Assembly: GCA_041742355.1 (NCBI GenBank)
Contig: JBGSIV010000263.1
Coordinates: 1-18,591 of the forward strand
DNA from: Candidatus Zixiibacteriota bacterium
Lineage (GTDB): Bacteria > Zixibacteria > MSB-5A5 > GN15 > FEB-12
Reading direction: 5' to 3'
DNA length: 18,591 nucleotides
The stretch's first letter is position 1; each line of letters opens with the position of its first letter. Position numbers and translations under genes: made by a program. This document shows, one piece after another, positions 14,612 to 18,591 of the stretch. The notes beneath the pieces are model-generated. The model did not search any database, had not been told where the DNA came from, and saw nothing but the letters and a program-made list of their open reading frames with translations.

Positions 14612-15679
14612 ATGGCATTTGAGAATCTATCAGACAGAGAAAAACAGGTTCTGTTCAACCTGATCGAGCACTACATCCGCTCCGCCGACCCCGTCGGCTC
14701 ACGGATCATTGCCAATAAATTCAATATGGGCGTCTCCTCGGCCACCATCCGCAACACCCTCCAGGATCTCGAAGAACTCGGCCTCGTCCGTCAGCCGCAC
14801 ACCTCGGCCGGACGTGTGCCCACCGATCTCGGATACCGAGTCTACGTCGATTACCTCCTCAAGCCCGAGGAACTGACCGAGACCGAGAAAGAGCGGATAA
14901 AGGATCTGATCGTGCGGGAAGGGCGCGGCGTCCACGAAATCCTCGGCCAGACCTGCCGCGTGCTCAGCGAAATCACCCACCAGCTCGGCGTGACCATCGC
15001 CCCCCGGTTCGAGCGCGGCGTCCTGCGCCGCATCGAACTCATCCCGCTGTCCAACGAGCGGATCATGGCGGTGGTCGTGGTCGAATCGGGCCTCGCCCGC
15101 AGTGTCATTATCGAGGTCGAAACCTCCATCGACGATGTCCGGCTGCGCGAAGTCGAAACCGTTCTCAACGAACGCCTCGCCGGACTTTCCCTCGGTGAAA
15201 TCCGCACGACTATCAGCGCGCGGCTCGCCGATGTCACCGGCGCCGGTCGCCTCATCAAGCTCATTGTCGACTCCCGGGAGCGGCTGTGGAGCGATGACCT
15301 CGTCGGCGATATCCACCTGGCCGGGGCCGACAACCTCCTGGCCCAGCCCGAATTCTCCGAGATCGACCACATCACCCGCATCGTCCGCATCATGGAAAAC
15401 AGCCGCACGCTCAAAGATTTGCTCCGTACCGCCTACGATGAAGGCTTGTTTATCACCATCGGCAAGGAGAACAAGTACGACGAAATTATGGACTGCTCGC
15501 TCGTCACCTCGTCGTACAAAGTCGGCAACATCAGCGGAACGATCGGCATCATCGGCCCCACCCGCATGGAGTACGGCAAGCTCGTCTCCATTGTCGACTA
15601 CACCGCCCGCGCCATTACGGAGGTGCTCGCAGGATTGGACAAAAAGGAGGGAGATACCAGTGACGCGCAAGAGAGATGA
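14612..15679 (+). CDS. hrcA: Heat-inducible transcription repressor HrcA
   Basis: LSDREKQVL..LIEHYI....PVGSR, VSSATIRN.LQDLEELG...QPHTSAGRVPTDLGYRVYVD, G.IGIIGPTRMEY; first gene of the dnaK operon. Confidence 0.97.
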   Translation: MAFENLSDREKQVLFNLIEHYIRSADPVGSRIIANKFNMGVSSATIRNTLQDLEELGLVRQPHTSAGRVPTDLGYRVYVDYLLKPEELTETEKERIKDLIVREGRGVHEILGQTCRVLSEITHQLGVTIAPRFERGVLRRIELIPLSNERIMAVVVVESGLARSVIIEVETSIDDVRLREVETVLNERLAGLSLGEIRTTISARLADVTGAGRLIKLIVDSRERLWSDDLVGDIHLAGADNLLAQPEFSEIDHITRIVRIMENSRTLKDLLRTAYDEGLFITIGKENKYDEIMDCSLVTSSYKVGNISGTIGIIGPTRMEYGKLVSIVDYTARAITEVLAGLDKKEGDTSDAQER

Positions 15680-16289
15680 CATGCACGTTGACGCGACCGA
15701 CGCCGACGAAAAAGAACTCGGCTCGATCCACCGCCAGCCGCCACCGGCCGACGAAGGCGGGGAGATCGACCCGGCGCCGCCGCAGTTCAGAACCGAACCG
15801 ACCGAGGATCCGGGCGTCATAGCTGAGGCCGACGAAGCCGGGCAGCTGCGCCGGCGCGTGGCCGAACTCGAGGACCGCCTCCTGCGCGCCGCCGCTGATT
15901 TCGACAACTATCGGAAACGCACCGCGCGCCAGTACGAGGAAATGGAAAAGGCGGCCGCCGACCGCGTGCTCACCGACCTGCTCGACATCGTCGACAACTT
16001 CCGCCGCGCGCTCGATAACGCCGGAGACACGGCTGACGGCGACCCTTTCCGCCAGGGGATCGCCATGATCTACGAGCAGATGAACGCTCTGCTCGCCCGG
16101 CACGGGGTACAGCCGATCGAGGCCCTCGGCCGGCCGTTCGACCCGAATCTCCACGACGCCCTCATGCAGATGGCGTCGGAGGAACACGGCGAAGGCACCG
16201 TCGCTATGGTCATGAGCCCCGGCTACAGGCGGGGTGACCGCGTCCTGCGCCACGCCAAAGTCGGCGTGAGCACGGGCAAACCGGCCTAG
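15660..16289 (+). CDS. grpE: Nucleotide exchange factor GrpE
   Basis: LLRAAADFDNYRKR, LLDIVDNFRRAL, GRPFDPNLHDAL, GYRRGDRVLRHAKVGVS. Likely GTG start at 15660 with SD AAGGAGG at 15644-15650; alternative ATG at 15681. The track start at 15102 overlaps hrcA and is implausible. Confidence 0.93.
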   Translation: MTRKRDDMHVDATDADEKELGSIHRQPPPADEGGEIDPAPPQFRTEPTEDPGVIAEADEAGQLRRRVAELEDRLLRAAADFDNYRKRTARQYEEMEKAAADRVLTDLLDIVDNFRRALDNAGDTADGDPFRQGIAMIYEQMNALLARHGVQPIEALGRPFDPNLHDALMQMASEEHGEGTVAMVMSPGYRRGDRVLRHAKVGVSTGKPA

Positions 16290-16362
16290 CCCGGTGAAAC
16301 CCGCTGTCCGTTGCACGAAAACGAGAAATTGATGATATTCCAGAGGGAAGGAGACTCATAGC

Positions 16363-18300
16363 ATGGGCAAAGTCATAGGCATAGACCTCGGGACGACCAA
16401 CTCGGTGGTCGCCGTCCTCGAGGGACAGGAACCGGTGGTGATTCCGAACCAGGAAGGATCGCGCATTACGCCGTCCGTGGTCGGATTCGCCAAAGACGGC
16501 GAGCGACTCGTCGGCGCGCCCGCCAAACGGCAGGCCGTCACCAACCCCGAGAACACCGTGTTCTCGATCAAACGCTTCATGGGCCGCCGCCACACCGAAG
16601 TGCAGTCCGAAGAGAAGATCGTCCCGTACCACGTCGTCGAGGATGAAGGTGGTATGGTGATGGTCGAAGTCGCCGGCAAGAAGTACACGCCGCCCGAAAT
16701 CTCAGCCATGATCCTGCGCTCGCTCAAACAGGCCGCCGAAAACTACCTCGGCCAGGAAGTCAAACAGGCCGTCATCACCGTGCCCGCGTACTTCAACGAC
16801 TCCCAGCGCCAGGCCACCAAAGACGCCGGCCGCATCGCCGGCCTCGAGGTCCTGCGCATCATAAACGAGCCGACCGCCGCATCGCTCGCCTACGGCCTCC
16901 AGAAGAACAAAAACCAGAAGATCGCCGTCTTCGACCTCGGCGGCGGCACCTTCGATATCTCCATTCTCGAAATCGGCGAGGGCGTGTTCGAAGTCCGCGC
17001 CACCAACGGCGACACCCACCTCGGCGGCGACGACTTCGACCAGACGATTATCGACTGGCTCGCGGACGAATTCCGCAAGCAGACCGGGATCGACCTGCGC
17101 AAGGACCGCATGGCCCTCCAGCGCCTCAAAGAGGCGGCTGAGAAGGCCAAGATCGAGCTGTCCTCGACCATGCAGACCAACATCAACCTGCCCTTCATCA
17201 CCGCCGACCAGAACGGCCCCAAACACCTCGATCTGACCCTCTCGCGGGCGAAACTCGAGCAGCTCACCGACCAGCTCGTCCAGCGGACCGTGGACCCGGT
17301 GAAGCGGGCAATGCAGGACGCCCGACTCTCGTTCTCTGATATCGACGAGGTCGTGCTCGTCGGCGGCATGACCCGCATGCCGATAATCGTTCAGACCGTC
17401 AAGGAGCTGTTCGGCCGCGAACCCCACAAAGGTGTGAACCCCGACGAGGTCGTCGCCCTCGGCGCCGCTATTCAGGGCGGAATCCTCGGTGGCGAAATGG
17501 GTGAGAAGGACATCGTCCTGCTCGACGTCACCCCGCTGTCGCTCGGGATCGAAACCCTCGGCGGCGTCATGACCAAACTGATCGAGCGGAACACGACCAT
17601 CCCGACCAGCAAGTCCCAGATCTTTTCGACCGCCGATGACAATCAGACGGCCGTGTCGATTCATGTCCTGCAGGGGGAACGCCCGATGGCGGTGGACAAC
17701 CGCACCCTCGGCCGGTTCGACCTGGTCGGCATTCCGTCCGCTCCGCGCGGCATCCCGCAGATTGAGGTCAAATTCGACATCGACGCCAACGGCATCGTGC
17801 ACGTGAGCGCCAAAGACCGCGCCACCGGCCGCGAGCAGTCGATCCGCATCGAGGCTTCCTCCGGGCTGTCCGAGCAGGAAATCGACAAGATGGTCAAAGA
17901 CGCCCAGAAGCACGCCGACGAAGACAAGCAGCGCGAGGAGTTGATCAAGGCGCGCAACGAAGCCGACCAGCTCGTGTACTCGACCGAGAAAACCCTCAAG
18001 GAGCACGGCGACAAGATCTCCGCCGAAGAAAAGCAGCGGGTCGAAACGGCGCTGAGCAAGCTGCGCGATGTCCAGAAGAGCGATTCCGTATCGACCATCA
18101 ATACCGCCAAGGACGAACTCATGCAGGCCTCGCACAAGCTGGCCGAAGAAATGTACCGCCAGGCGCAGGCCCAGGGCGCCCAGCCGGGCGCGGGGCCCCA
18201 GGACGCCCAGTCCGGCCCGCAACAGCAGAGCGGATCCTCCGGCGGCGACGGAGCTGTGGATGCTGACTTTGAAGTGGTCGACGACGACAAGAAGAAATGA
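16363..18300 (+). CDS. dnaK: Chaperone DnaK (Hsp70)
   Basis: [83 protein letters not shown]-terminal VDADFEVV. Confidence 0.99.
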   Translation: MGKVIGIDLGTTNSVVAVLEGQEPVVIPNQEGSRITPSVVGFAKDGERLVGAPAKRQAVTNPENTVFSIKRFMGRRHTEVQSEEKIVPYHVVEDEGGMVMVEVAGKKYTPPEISAMILRSLKQAAENYLGQEVKQAVITVPAYFNDSQRQATKDAGRIAGLEVLRIINEPTAASLAYGLQKNKNQKIAVFDLGGGTFDISILEIGEGVFEVRATNGDTHLGGDDFDQTIIDWLADEFRKQTGIDLRKDRMALQRLKEAAEKAKIELSSTMQTNINLPFITADQNGPKHLDLTLSRAKLEQLTDQLVQRTVDPVKRAMQDARLSFSDIDEVVLVGGMTRMPIIVQTVKELFGREPHKGVNPDEVVALGAAIQGGILGGEMGEKDIVLLDVTPLSLGIETLGGVMTKLIERNTTIPTSKSQIFSTADDNQTAVSIHVLQGERPMAVDNRTLGRFDLVGIPSAPRGIPQIEVKFDIDANGIVHVSAKDRATGREQSIRIEASSGLSEQEIDKMVKDAQKHADEDKQREELIKARNEADQLVYSTEKTLKEHGDKISAEEKQRVETALSKLRDVQKSDSVSTINTAKDELMQASHKLAEEMYRQAQAQGAQPGAGPQDAQSGPQQQSGSSGGDGAVDADFEVVDDDKKK

Positions 18301-18311
18301 CCAACCAGCGA

Positions 18312-18591
18312 ATGACCAAACGAGACTACTACGAGGTGCTCGAGGTTGACCGCGGCGCCTCCGAAGACCAGATCAAGACCGCCTACCGCAAGATGGCGTT
18401 GAAACATCACCCGGATCGCAATCCGGGCAACAAAGAGGCGGAAGAGAAGTTCAAAGAGGCCACCGAAGCCTACGAGGTCCTCAAGGACCCGCGCCGGCGG
18501 CAGGCCTATGACCAGTTCGGCCACGCCGGCGCGAGCGCCGGCCCCGGCTTCGGCGGCTACGGCGGCTTCGAAGGCTTCGACATCGGCGACG
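18312..18591 (+). CDS. dnaJ: Chaperone DnaJ, 3'-truncated (not in the ORF track)
   Basis: Manual translation [73 protein letters not shown]...[11 protein letters not shown] shows a J domain with HPD and a G/F region. An in-frame ATG at 18297 overlaps the dnaK stop. Confidence 0.97.
   Translation, partial: MTKRDYYEVLEVDRGASEDQIKTAYRKMALKHHPDRNPGNKEAEEKFKEATEAYEVLKDPRRRQAYDQFGHAGASAGPGFGGYGGFEGFDIGD

Noticed and set aside
15102..15659. N-terminal extension of the grpE frame in the ORF track
   Set aside because: It overlaps hrcA in another frame and gives Ser/Pro-rich off-frame sequence; the real SD and GTG are at 15644-15662.
14699..15907. 402-aa minus-strand ORF
   Set aside because: Antisense to hrcA and grpE; no independent support.
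16295..16319. TGAAAC...CGAA as an internal ECF promoter before dnaK
   Set aside because: Spacer is 15 rather than 16 nt and the -10 is poor.
16702..18222. 506-aa antisense ORF opposite dnaK
   Set aside because: Long antisense frames opposite dnaK are a familiar by-product of codon bias in GC-rich genomes; no SD or recognisable motifs.

Overview
GC-rich chromosomal window from a diderm bacterium. A YPNPFN-type C-terminal sorting domain together with cohesin-like and dockerin modules points to the FCB group, possibly Zixibacteria-like; this is inference. Left to right: (1) the 3' part of a large secreted modular protein (propeller-like repeats, 3 BACON-like repeats, a cohesin-like domain, a T9SS/FlgD-like CTD); (2) a secreted acidic three-repeat protein behind a SigW-like ECF promoter; (3) a minus-strand purD-purE-TPR unit; (4) an M14 zinc carboxypeptidase with a C-terminal dockerin; (5) a small outer-membrane beta-barrel with a possibly pseudoknotted leader; (6) an NtrC-family sigma54 activator followed by a tandem enhancer and a -24/-12 promoter in front of three uncharacterised envelope genes (FN3/HmuY-like lipoprotein, DUF4384-PEGA protein with a basic disordered tail, Lys-rich secreted protein); (7) the hrcA-grpE-dnaK-dnaJ operon with a degenerate CIRCE. 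No mobile elements, CRISPR arrays, rRNA or tRNA genes were seen. The best candidates for an undescribed system are the sigma54-controlled envelope operon and a possible non-cellulosomal cohesin-dockerin protease display. All domain calls come from reading motifs by eye, not from database searches.
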